From positions 1 to 19,004 of the forward strand of contig JASFEA010000057.1 of NCBI GenBank assembly GCA_050125095.1: a DNA stretch of 19,004 bases, in the 5' to 3' direction. This stretch comes from a bacterium (GTDB taxonomy: Bacteria > Arandabacterota > Arandabacteria > Arandabacterales > JALGWA01). The notes beneath the pieces were generated by a model, which worked only from the letters and a program-made list of their open reading frames with translations, made no database searches and had not been told where the DNA came from. Position numbers and translations under genes: made by a program. Positions 7,533 to 15,802 of the stretch are shown here, piece after piece; within the stretch, counting starts at the first letter, position 1; each line of letters begins with the position of its first letter.

Positions 7533-7876
7533 CTTCGCTTAGTTTCCTCTCTGGTTGTGAAGCCCGCCCCCCGCGCTGTGCTGAGACGATATTCACATTT
7601 ATCTCCCATCCGGACGTTGACTTATGTATGCCACACGGGGCTGGAGCTCGGGATTCGTAAGAAGCCTCTGGCAGGGCCTTAACTCGGGTTGCACCATAAG
7701 ATAATAAACGGTGCCGGAATGCGCAATTCCCATTTGGGGTCAGGTCTTGAAATGCACAATGATCCGGCCCCCACGGCTTGACCCTGGAAGCGTTTTGGCA
7801 TATGTGTTTAGGAACGGGGCATACGGAGAGCATGAGAAAGAGGAACATCAAGCATCTACATCAAGGAGCATGATGA

Positions 7877-8458
7877 ATGGAAAAGACCAGCACGACATAC
7901 TTCGACAGGCCCGGCCCCCAGAACACGGCGGGCGTCATAGAGGCAGTCAAGAAGAGAGCCGGGGAGCTCGGCATCCAGCACATCGTCGTGGCTTCCACCA
8001 GGGGTACCACCGCCCTTGAGTTCGCCGAAGGCCTTGAGGGCATGGACCGCATTCTGGTCTGCGTTGGCGAGCATTCGGGCTTCACCGGGGGAGACGAGCA
8101 GCTCATGCCGGATGAGGTGAGACAGGAGCTCGAAGACAAAGGCGTGAAGGTTCTCATCTGTTCGCATGCCCTGAGCGGGGTCGGCCGTTCCATAAGCAGC
8201 AAACTCGGGGGCATAACTGGGACGGAGATCATAGCCCATACGTTGAGGCGCTTCGGAACCCAGGGCGTCAAGGTGGCGGTTGAAATCGCCGTCATGGCCG
8301 CCGACGCGGGCCTCATTCCCACGGATCGGGAGGTCATCGCCGTGGGCGGCACGCGAGGCGGCTGCGACACGGCCATAGTCCTCAAGGCCGCCCATATGAA
8401 CAACTTCTTCGACCTGGAGATAAGAGAGATAATAGCCAAGCCGCGGCAGTGGGACTGA
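7877..8458 (+). CDS. Pyruvate-kinase C-terminal-like alpha/beta domain protein (COG1751 / MTH1675-like), 193 aa
   Basis: [71 protein letters not shown] and I.EII.KP, all characteristic of this family. AAGGAG upstream. Confidence 0.88.
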   Translation: MEKTSTTYFDRPGPQNTAGVIEAVKKRAGELGIQHIVVASTRGTTALEFAEGLEGMDRILVCVGEHSGFTGGDEQLMPDEVRQELEDKGVKVLICSHALSGVGRSISSKLGGITGTEIIAHTLRRFGTQGVKVAVEIAVMAADAGLIPTDREVIAVGGTRGGCDTAIVLKAAHMNNFFDLEIREIIAKPRQWD

Positions 8459-8507
8459 CGTCAGGCAATTGGGGGCGAATGGCAGCAGGCAATGGAGGTT
8501 TCATAAA

Positions 8508-8888
8508 ATGGCTCCTTTCGATGCGGGAATTACGTTCTGCTACACGCGTGACCTGAAGAAGACGGCGGAGTTCTATGAGGGGGTCATGGGGCTGCCGCTT
8601 GTTCTGGACCAGGGAGGTTGCAGGATCTACCGCGTGTCCGCAGGCGCCTATTTCGGGTTCTGCGAGCGAGAGAGGGCCGGGTCGGGGAAGGGCCTGATTT
8701 TGACATTCGTTACGGACGATGTGGACAAGTGGTATGAGAAGCTCTCGGGACAGGGCGTCGAGTTCGAGAAACAGCCGACCCTCAATACGGAGTACAATAT
8801 CTATCACTGTTTCCTGAGAGACCCCAATGGGTACCTTCTTGAGATACAGAGGTTTGAGGATCCCCGCTGGCCCGGCGGGAATGAGTGA
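8508..8888 (+). CDS. VOC / glyoxalase-bleomycin-resistance family protein, 126 aa
   Basis: DLKKTAEFYEGVMGL, LTFVTDDVDKWYEKL..GV and FLRDPNGYLLEIQ. GGAGG at 8494-8498 supports ATG 8508 over TTG 8469. Confidence 0.9.
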   Translation: MAPFDAGITFCYTRDLKKTAEFYEGVMGLPLVLDQGGCRIYRVSAGAYFGFCERERAGSGKGLILTFVTDDVDKWYEKLSGQGVEFEKQPTLNTEYNIYHCFLRDPNGYLLEIQRFEDPRWPGGNE

Positions 8889-9702
8889 ACCCCAACTGGA
8901 GCATATGATGAATGGTCAGAATAGAATCAGCCGTAACGACGTTACGGCCGCGATCGCCAGGGCGCTGGAGCCTCTTGACTATGTGTACGCCATGTGGGAG
9001 GGAGGCGCCGCCGCCTTCGACCGGGTGGACGAGTGGTCCGACATCGATATCTGCGTGAGCGCCGAGGATGACAGGATAGAAGAGCCGTTTGCCGTCGTTG
9101 AGGAGGCCATCGAATCTATGGCTCCGATCGAGCTCAAGTACGAGGTGACGGGTCCGAAGCTGGGAGAGTACGTCCAGGCGTTCTACAGGCTCGAAGGTGG
9201 CGGTCCATATATGCTTGTCGACTTCGCGGTCTTCAAGCACAGCGCCAAGGACAAGCTCCTGGAGCCCGAGCTCCACGGCGCGGCCAAGTGGCATTTCAAT
9301 AAGAAGGGCGCCGTGACTGTCCCCAGCCTTGACAGGGAGGCGTTCAGGGAGAAGGTGAGTGCGTCGCTTGAGAGTCTCCCCAAGCGCGTGGACATGTTCG
9401 CCGCCTTCATACCCAAGGAGATCAAGCGCGGCAACCTGGTGGCGGCCGTGGACTTCTACCAGCGCTTTCTGCTGGGCGCGCTCGCCCAGGCCCTGCGCCT
9501 TAAATACAATCCCGCGCGCTATGACTTCGGCGTCCGCTATGTCTACCATGACCTACCGCCTGAGGTCGTTAAGCGATTCGAGAGCCTGTATGTGATCCGT
9601 GACGCTGACGACCTCGCCGCGAAATACGAAAAGGCCCGCCGGTGGTTCGAGGAGACTGCAGGGAGCATCAGTCCGGATGAGGTGGCCGAGCACATGAAAT
9701 GA
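8881..9702 (+). CDS. Pol-beta-superfamily nucleotidyltransferase-domain protein (antibiotic NTase-like architecture); start 8881, or 8905/8908
   Basis: AMWEGGAAAFDRVDEWSDIDI (hG[S/A]..D.WSDhD), a third acidic residue in LVDF, and a helical C-terminal domain. Overlaps the VOC stop. Confidence 0.8.
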   Translation: MSEPQLEHMMNGQNRISRNDVTAAIARALEPLDYVYAMWEGGAAAFDRVDEWSDIDICVSAEDDRIEEPFAVVEEAIESMAPIELKYEVTGPKLGEYVQAFYRLEGGGPYMLVDFAVFKHSAKDKLLEPELHGAAKWHFNKKGAVTVPSLDREAFREKVSASLESLPKRVDMFAAFIPKEIKRGNLVAAVDFYQRFLLGALAQALRLKYNPARYDFGVRYVYHDLPPEVVKRFESLYVIRDADDLAAKYEKARRWFEETAGSISPDEVAEHMK

Positions 9703-9721
9703 GCGCGGTCGCCGGCTCTTC

Positions 9722-12124
9722 CTATAGTGGAAGGTCACGGATGTCGTCGTCCGACAGGCCGATTCGCTTTAGTATTTCCAGATACCGCGGGTCGGAACGG
9801 ATCTTATCCAGGCCGGGCGTTACTCTTATGAACACAAGTTCATTTTCTCTGGCCTCCATCGCCCTTTCCAGGTATTCAAGCGCAAGGTCCTGCTCGCCGA
9901 GCATTGCTGAGTACTCGGCCGCGAGCATATTGGGATTGCCGGATGTGGTGGTCTCCTCCAGAACGTGCTCCCTCATGGCGCGAATGGCACCTTCATAGCC
10001 TGATTCCCTGAACCCCTCCTCGAGGACTTCGGCCGCGCGGGGGTCGCCTACTGCCTCAAGACCGGCCCTCAGCTCTTCAATGGCCCGTTCGTAATCGCCG
10101 CGAACCGCGTGCATCCATCCCAGGATGACGTGGGCCGGCCCGAAACCGGGATCCATCTCGAGCACTCTCTCCAGCTCTTCCTCGGCCACGTCGTAGTCGC
10201 CGGTGTAAAAGTATATGACGCCGACGGCTGCGTTGATTATGATCGACAGGGGATCCAGTTCACGCGCGCGCTCCGCTTCACGAATGGCCTCATCCGTCCT
10301 CCCGATGTTCATGAGTATGAGACCGTACCATTGGTGGGCAGTTGCGTAGTTCGGATTCAGTTCAAGAGCCTTATGGAAATGCTTCAGGGCCGCTCTGACG
10401 TCCCACTCGTATCCGAATGAAATCCACCCCAGCGAGACATAGGCCTCTGCGAGGCCCTCATCCAGCTCCAGCGCCTTGAGGGCCGCAGCCCTTCCCTTGG
10501 GAAGGCGCTCGGAACTCGGCATGGACTCGAGCATAGTATATGAGTCTGCTAGGCCGGCGTAAGCAGGGGCATAGGTCGGGTCCTTTTCTATGGCCTGTTT
10601 GAAACACTCGATACCCTTCGTTATTCCCTCATCGGTCCTCTTGTTCCAGTAGAAACGCCCCTTGAGATAGAGATTGTAGGCTTCCAGGTTCTGCGTGGCG
10701 CGATCGGCCGGCTGTCTCCGCTGTTCGCCAGCGAACCTGAGTTTGAGCTTCTCCGCGATTGAGGTGGATATCTCGTCCTGTATCTCAAAAACGTCTTCCA
10801 TTTCCCTGTCGTAGCGCTCGGACCAGATGTGATACCCGTCCGATACGTTCACCAACTGTACCGTCACCCTGAGGCGATTGCCTGCCTTCCGCACGCTGCC
10901 TTCGAGCACAGTGCCGACGTTGAGTTTCTCTCCGATTTCGCGAATGTCCAGGTCTCTGCCCTTGAATTGGAAAGAGGATGTGAGGGCCGCGACCCTCAGG
11001 CCATCAACCTTGACCAGCGCGTTTATGATCTCTTCAGCCATGCCGTCGCAGAAGTACTCCTGGTCCTTCTCGGGGCTCATGTCCCTGAAAGGCATGACCG
11101 CCAGCGATGCCGTGCTGCTGGTTTCCTCCTTATCGGGCGGCGCCCTGCGGATTGCGGGTGCCTGCTGCCCGCCTAGAGCGGATTCGAACGCGGAAAGGAG
11201 CTCTGCCGCAGAGGAATAGCGCCGGGCCGGGGACTTCTCAAGGCACTTCAGCACTATGCGTTCGAGCATAGCCGGCAGCCCCGGACTGAACCGCGAGGGC
11301 GGAACCGGGTCCTCCGACATGTGCTTGCTGAGCATGTCGCGGGCGGATTCGGCCGAGAAGGGCTTCCGCCCCGCCAGCATTTCGTAGATGATGCAGCCGA
11401 ACGAGTAAATGTCCGATCTCTCGTCCGCAGGGGTGCCGCCGGCCTGCTCGGGGGATATGTATTCCGGTGTGCCGACCACCAGTCCCCGCGCCGTCGAATC
11501 CTCCGCTCCTACGGCCTTGGCTATGCCGAAGTCCATCACGTAGGCCCTGCCGATCTGGTCGAGCATGATGTTCTGTGGCTTGAGATCCCTGTGAATAACA
11601 CCCTGCCTGTGGGCTGCAACAAGCGCGCCCGCTATCTGTCTGGCTATTGCAACGGCGCGGTCGGGCATAAGCCGGCCGGCCGTCAACACGAGCTCCTTGA
11701 GGCTTGTGCCGTCTATGAACTTCATGGAAATGTATTTGATGCCTTCGGCCTCGCCGAGGTCGTGGATGCGGATGACGTTCTCGTGGCTGACTTCGCTTGC
11801 CAGCAGGAGCTCCTGTTTGAAGCGCTCCAGAATGCCGGGATCGGATGTCAGCCCCGGCTTGATCATCTTGAGAGCCACCACGCGGCCAAGCTCTTCATCG
11901 ACTGCCTTGTAGACCACGCCCATGCCGCCGCGCCCGATCTCCTCGATGATCTGATAGCGGGACCCGAACTTCTGGCCGGGCGTGAAGGTGAAACCGCTCT
12001 CGGGCCCCCTCTCAGGGGGACGAGCGGGAAGTGGAGTTGTCGGCGCCGCTTCCAGCGCCCTTCCGCAGTTGCTGCAGAAGCGGCTGTCGCTCGAATTGCT
12101 GTGGCTGCAATGTGGGCATTCCAT
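9722..12124 (-). CDS. Hanks-type Ser/Thr protein kinase with N-terminal zinc ribbon, TolB-like domain and TPR repeats (apparently cytoplasmic), 800 aa
   Basis: CPHC..FCSNCG; GRGGMGVVY, VALK, HRDLKPQN, DFG, GTPEYISPE and SDIYSFG; SLAVMPF.DMS..DQEYFCDG; multiple TPRs (A.ELDP); GAGGTG RBS; no TM helix seen. Confidence 0.95.
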   Translation of the reverse strand: MECPHCSHSNSSDSRFCSNCGRALEAAPTTPLPARPPERGPESGFTFTPGQKFGSRYQIIEEIGRGGMGVVYKAVDEELGRVVALKMIKPGLTSDPGILERFKQELLLASEVSHENVIRIHDLGEAEGIKYISMKFIDGTSLKELVLTAGRLMPDRAVAIARQIAGALVAAHRQGVIHRDLKPQNIMLDQIGRAYVMDFGIAKAVGAEDSTARGLVVGTPEYISPEQAGGTPADERSDIYSFGCIIYEMLAGRKPFSAESARDMLSKHMSEDPVPPSRFSPGLPAMLERIVLKCLEKSPARRYSSAAELLSAFESALGGQQAPAIRRAPPDKEETSSTASLAVMPFRDMSPEKDQEYFCDGMAEEIINALVKVDGLRVAALTSSFQFKGRDLDIREIGEKLNVGTVLEGSVRKAGNRLRVTVQLVNVSDGYHIWSERYDREMEDVFEIQDEISTSIAEKLKLRFAGEQRRQPADRATQNLEAYNLYLKGRFYWNKRTDEGITKGIECFKQAIEKDPTYAPAYAGLADSYTMLESMPSSERLPKGRAAALKALELDEGLAEAYVSLGWISFGYEWDVRAALKHFHKALELNPNYATAHQWYGLILMNIGRTDEAIREAERARELDPLSIIINAAVGVIYFYTGDYDVAEEELERVLEMDPGFGPAHVILGWMHAVRGDYERAIEELRAGLEAVGDPRAAEVLEEGFRESGYEGAIRAMREHVLEETTTSGNPNMLAAEYSAMLGEQDLALEYLERAMEARENELVFIRVTPGLDKIRSDPRYLEILKRIGLSDDDIRDLPL

Positions 12125-12199
12125 TATGTCGCACCTCGACCGGAAACCGGAGGATTATAGTAACACAGGCGCGGGCAAGGCGCTACCCCCGGAGCCATA

Positions 12200-12217
12200 A
12201 TTAACAACTTATTAACA
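12200..12217. promoter_or_regulatory. 11-bp-period direct repeat in the divergent kinase/S46 intergenic region (OmpR/PhoB-type box)
   Basis: ATTAACA at 12200-12206 and 12211-12217, forming an AT-rich patch in a GC-rich background. Confidence 0.5.
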
Positions 12218-12354
12218 CAAACAGGGTGCTTCACCGGGCGACGCCCTTTATGCTACTATTCTAGAGATCGCAATTGGCTGGCCGCAAGGTCATCTGTATA
12301 AGGCGAAAAGGTAGACTATCGCCGACCACCTAACTTCTGCGCGGGGAGGCTGGC

Positions 12355-14553
12355 ATGCTTGGCGCGTCTTTTTCCCGTATTCCGCTCACAGGGCGATCCT
12401 CAGGATCCCTTCTCTGCATTATAACGGCCCTCCTGTTGCTGGCTCATTGCCCGCCGACGAGAGCGGCCGAAGGCATGTGGCCGCCGTATGACATACCGGA
12501 TGAGGTCTTCCAGGATATGCGGGGAATGGGCCTCGAACTTACGATGGATGAAATCTGGAATGAAGACGGCACAGGCGTGGCGAATGCGGTGGTCAGCGTG
12601 GGGGCCACTGGTTCGTTCGTTTCCCCGGACGGGTTGATACTCACGAACCATCACGTGGCCTACGGGGCCGTCCAGCGAATCAGCACGTCCGAGATGAACT
12701 ATATCGAGCGAGGCTACCTGGCGCGGACCAGGGAGGAGGAGGTGCCCGCACACGGCTATCGTGCTTATATATTCCTCGGCTCCGAGGATGTGACCCAGCG
12801 TGTTCGCTCCGCCGTCGATGACTCTATGTCACCACTCGAGCGCTATAACGCAATCGAGCGCAGGACGAAGGAAATCGTCGCGGAAGCGGAGTCGGAAGAC
12901 GGCGTCTATTGCGAAGTCAATGCCTTCTATGGCGGGGCCCGGTATATGCTGGATACCTATGTCCGGCTCCGGGACATCCGGGTGGTTTACATCCCCGCAA
13001 GGGCCATCGGGGAGTACGGCGGTGACATCGACAACTGGATGTGGCCCCGGCATACGGCCGACTTCTCTTTTCTCCGGGCCTATGTGGGGCCCGACGGGAA
13101 GGCGGCCGACTACTCGGAGGCCAATGTCCCGTACAGGCCCGAGAGGTATCTTAAGATTTCGAAGGAGGGGGCCAAGGAGGGCGATTTCGGGCTCATAGTG
13201 GGCTTCCCGGGAAGGACGGCAAGATATCTGTCGTCGTATGGATTGGCCGAGTATGAATACTTTCTGTTGCCGCAGCAGATCAGGCTGTATGAGGAGATGA
13301 TACGGCTGCTCGAGATCGAGTCCCGGGCCTATGCCGAGGTTGCCGTGAGGGTCGCAAGCAGAATGAAGGGAATCAACAACTGGCTCAAGAAGAACCGCGG
13401 GCTTCTGGAGGGCTTCAAGCGCTTCGGCCTTACCGAGAACCAGCGGGCATTGGAAAGAGATATGCTCGAGAGGTCGTCCGGGGCGTTGAGAGTACAGAAG
13501 ATCCTCGAAGAATACAAAGAGCTCTATGCAGAATCCGAGCGATATGCCATGAAGGACCTCCTCATGTCGATGATGCTGGGAAGAGGCTCCCTGCTCAGCC
13601 AGGCCCTGACCATATACAAGTGGAGTCTCGAGAAAGAGAAGCCCGACATGGAGCGAGACCCCGACTATATGGAGCGGGAAGTGATTAACCTCGAGCGGAA
13701 GCTCCGAATCTTCCAGATGGGTTATAGCGAGGCAGGCGACAGGGTGCTGCTGGATATGCTCATCGGGGAGGCGATGGACCTGCCCGAGTGGCAGCGCATG
13801 AAGGTCTTCGACGATATCGTAGGCGGCCGGACGGGTGGCGAACTCGACACCTACCTGGGAGTGTTCCTGAATGAGCTCTATGCCAACACGACGCTCGACG
13901 ATACCGACGAGCGTCTGAGGATGTTCAACCTGACGCATGACGAACTCATGGCGGAGGGCGATTACTTCATCGCGCTGGCGGCCAAGTTCCACGTGGAGAA
14001 TGAAGAGCGGATTGAGCGGGAAAAGGTCTTCAAGGGGGCGCTGAACGCCCTGACCCCGGAGTGGATTGAGATCCTGGCCGCCCAGCGGCATGTTGCACCG
14101 TACTCGGACGCCAACGGCACCATGCGAATCAACTACGGGGCCGTAGGCGGGTACTCGCCGCGCGACGCCGTGCATTACGACGCTTTTACCACGCTCACGG
14201 GTATGGCGGAGAAATGCACGGGCGTCTTCCCCTTCGACTGCCCGGAGAGGCTATTGGAGCTGGCGCGGAGCGACTACCGCGGACGTTACCACAACCCGAA
14301 ACTCGGCGACGTACCTGTAAATATCCTCACGACCCATGACTCTACAAACGGGAATTCGGGGAGCCCGCTTGTAAACGGCAGAGGCGAGATCGTGGGGTGC
14401 TTGTTCGACGGCAACTATGAAGCCCTGACGGCTGACTTCGTTTTCCGGGATGACATCACGCGCTCGATCCACGTGGATACGCGCTACATACTCTTCGTAA
14501 CCGAAGAAGTGGACCACGCCGATAACGTGCTTCGCGAGCTCGGGCTCAAGTAG
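12355..14553 (+). CDS. S46 family dipeptidyl peptidase (DPP7/DAP BII-like), secreted, 732 aa
   Basis: Signal peptide followed by EGMW; SFVSPDGLILTNHH (His), DNWMWPRHTADF (Asp), GNSGSP (Ser), YSDANGTMR and FDGN; GGAGG RBS at 12345-12349. Confidence 0.95.
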   Translation: MLGASFSRIPLTGRSSGSLLCIITALLLLAHCPPTRAAEGMWPPYDIPDEVFQDMRGMGLELTMDEIWNEDGTGVANAVVSVGATGSFVSPDGLILTNHHVAYGAVQRISTSEMNYIERGYLARTREEEVPAHGYRAYIFLGSEDVTQRVRSAVDDSMSPLERYNAIERRTKEIVAEAESEDGVYCEVNAFYGGARYMLDTYVRLRDIRVVYIPARAIGEYGGDIDNWMWPRHTADFSFLRAYVGPDGKAADYSEANVPYRPERYLKISKEGAKEGDFGLIVGFPGRTARYLSSYGLAEYEYFLLPQQIRLYEEMIRLLEIESRAYAEVAVRVASRMKGINNWLKKNRGLLEGFKRFGLTENQRALERDMLERSSGALRVQKILEEYKELYAESERYAMKDLLMSMMLGRGSLLSQALTIYKWSLEKEKPDMERDPDYMEREVINLERKLRIFQMGYSEAGDRVLLDMLIGEAMDLPEWQRMKVFDDIVGGRTGGELDTYLGVFLNELYANTTLDDTDERLRMFNLTHDELMAEGDYFIALAAKFHVENEERIEREKVFKGALNALTPEWIEILAAQRHVAPYSDANGTMRINYGAVGGYSPRDAVHYDAFTTLTGMAEKCTGVFPFDCPERLLELARSDYRGRYHNPKLGDVPVNILTTHDSTNGNSGSPLVNGRGEIVGCLFDGNYEALTADFVFRDDITRSIHVDTRYILFVTEEVDHADNVLRELGLK

Positions 14554-14577
14554 AAGACTGAAGAGGGCACCATATAG

Positions 14578-14617
14578 ATCCCGGCGCAGGTTACGTTATG
14601 ATGCTATGCGCCGGGAT
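14578..14617. terminator. Perfect 11-bp inverted repeat between convergent genes
   Basis: ATCCCGGCGCA (14578-14588), 18-nt loop, TGCGCCGGGAT (14607-14617). Confidence 0.55.
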
Positions 14618-14660
14618 TCGGCCGGCGGCTCGCCTTTCGAATTCGATTCAGGAATCTTGC

Positions 14661-15641
14661 CTAGCCGTAGAGTTTGCCGGCCGCATGCCTCTCCTTAAGA
14701 TGCTTGATCATGTCCTCGGTCATGGCCGCGAGGTCCCACTTGTGCTCCCAGCCCCATTCCTCGCGCGCGGCAGAGTCATCTATCGAGTTGGGCCACGAAT
14801 CGGCGATCTTCTGGCGATAGTCGGGCTCGTATGTGATCTCGAACTCAGGGATATGCTTCTTGATCTCAGCCGCAAGTTCGGCCGGACTGAAGCTCACCGC
14901 CGCGTGATTGAAGTTGGAATGGTGTTTGAGATTCGAGAAATCGGCCTCGGCAAGCTGTATGGTGCCTTCGATGCAGTCGGGCATGTACATCATGGGAAGC
15001 CTGGTGTCCGGGCCCAGGAAGCATGTGTATTTGCCCTTATCGATGGCTTCGTAGAATATCTCGACCGCGTAGTCGGTCGTCCCGCCGCCGGGCAGCGTCT
15101 TATGGGAGATGATGCCGGGGTAGCGCAGGCCGCGGATGTCGAGACCGAACTTGGCGACGTAGTAGTCGCAGAGAAGCTCGCCGCAGACCTTGGTGACGCC
15201 GTACATGGTCGTGGGCTGCAGCACCGTCTCCTGGGGCGTGTTCTCGAGCGGCACCCCGGGCCCCCAGACTGCGATGGAACTGGGTATGATGATGCGCGCC
15301 ATCTCGTGCTTGAGACCGAGCTCCAGAAGGTTGATGGTGCCGTTCATGTTGACGTCCCAGCAGAGCTGGGGATTCTTCTCGCCGGTCGCCGAGAGAATAG
15401 CGGCCATATGATATATGGTGTCGATGTTGTACTTCTTGACCATCTCCTCGACGGTCTCTATCTGGCTTACGTTGATGAAGTGGAAGGGACCTGAGTCCCG
15501 GAGCTCATCGGATGGCTCGGTCTTGCGGCCCGTTGCGATGACATTCTCCGCGCCGTATCGCCTGCGCAGCTCCATGGTGAGTTCGGAGCCTATCTGGCCC
15601 ACGGCCCCTGTTACCAAGATCTTCTTCATTTCCTTCGCCAA
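14661..15641 (-). CDS. tdh: SDR-type (GalE-like) L-threonine 3-dehydrogenase / NAD-dependent epimerase family, 326 aa (TTG start; ATG 15629 alternative)
   Basis: GAVGQIG (Rossmann), LSATGE, PSSIAV, YGVTK (YxxxK), LRYPG, PGGGTTDYAV, LPMMYMPD and RQ.IADSWP, typical of SDR threonine dehydrogenases. GGAGG at 15651-15655. Confidence 0.85.
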   Translation of the reverse strand: MAKEMKKILVTGAVGQIGSELTMELRRRYGAENVIATGRKTEPSDELRDSGPFHFINVSQIETVEEMVKKYNIDTIYHMAAILSATGEKNPQLCWDVNMNGTINLLELGLKHEMARIIIPSSIAVWGPGVPLENTPQETVLQPTTMYGVTKVCGELLCDYYVAKFGLDIRGLRYPGIISHKTLPGGGTTDYAVEIFYEAIDKGKYTCFLGPDTRLPMMYMPDCIEGTIQLAEADFSNLKHHSNFNHAAVSFSPAELAAEIKKHIPEFEITYEPDYRQKIADSWPNSIDDSAAREEWGWEHKWDLAAMTEDMIKHLKERHAAGKLYG

Positions 15642-15740
15642 GGTACACTACCTCCGTTCTGTTTTCTCTTGCCCCGGGTTTGATATAAGACACTTCTTTA
15701 TACAGGCAAAATACCAGCAATCGGGCGGCGGGACAACATC

Positions 15741-15791
15741 AAAGTAGAAAGCCGGGCCAGCGTGTGCGCCGCGGTCCCCCGGGCCCCGGCT
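15741..15791 (-). terminator. Probable intrinsic terminator after the two-component operon
   Basis: Minus strand AGCCGGG...CCCGGCT with an inner CGGCG-caca-CGCTG stem, followed by TTCTACTTT; 11 nt after the regulator stop. Confidence 0.45.
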
Positions 15792-15802
15792 GACCGGAAA
15801 CT

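Noticed and set aside
7601-7616. GTCCGGATGGGAGA on the minus strand, matching the 3' end of FMN riboswitches
   Set aside because: The 5' conserved blocks (AGGGCRGGGTGAAATTCCC, CCGAC) are absent, and the orientation points to no downstream gene start.
7660-7730. SAM-I-like fragments (GAAGCC..GGCA, ACGGTGCC..AATTCC)
   Set aside because: No ATC..GAG / GAT P1 core or GCAACC, and the spacing is wrong.
7474-8019. ORFs 7474-7851 (-) and 7711-8019 (+) across the long spacer
   Set aside because: They overlap real genes, lack recognisable motifs and have atypical composition.
12310-12319. GGTAGACTAT, a 9/10 match to the second repeat at 3079-3088
   Set aside because: Single copy, more simply explained as a TAGACT -10 element for the S46 gene.
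12829-14175. 448-aa antisense ORF, and similar ones at 5087-5890, 8782-9549, 11321-12160, 14598-15494 and 17251-18288
   Set aside because: Shadow ORFs opposite well-supported genes, expected in high-GC DNA, with no recognisable motifs.
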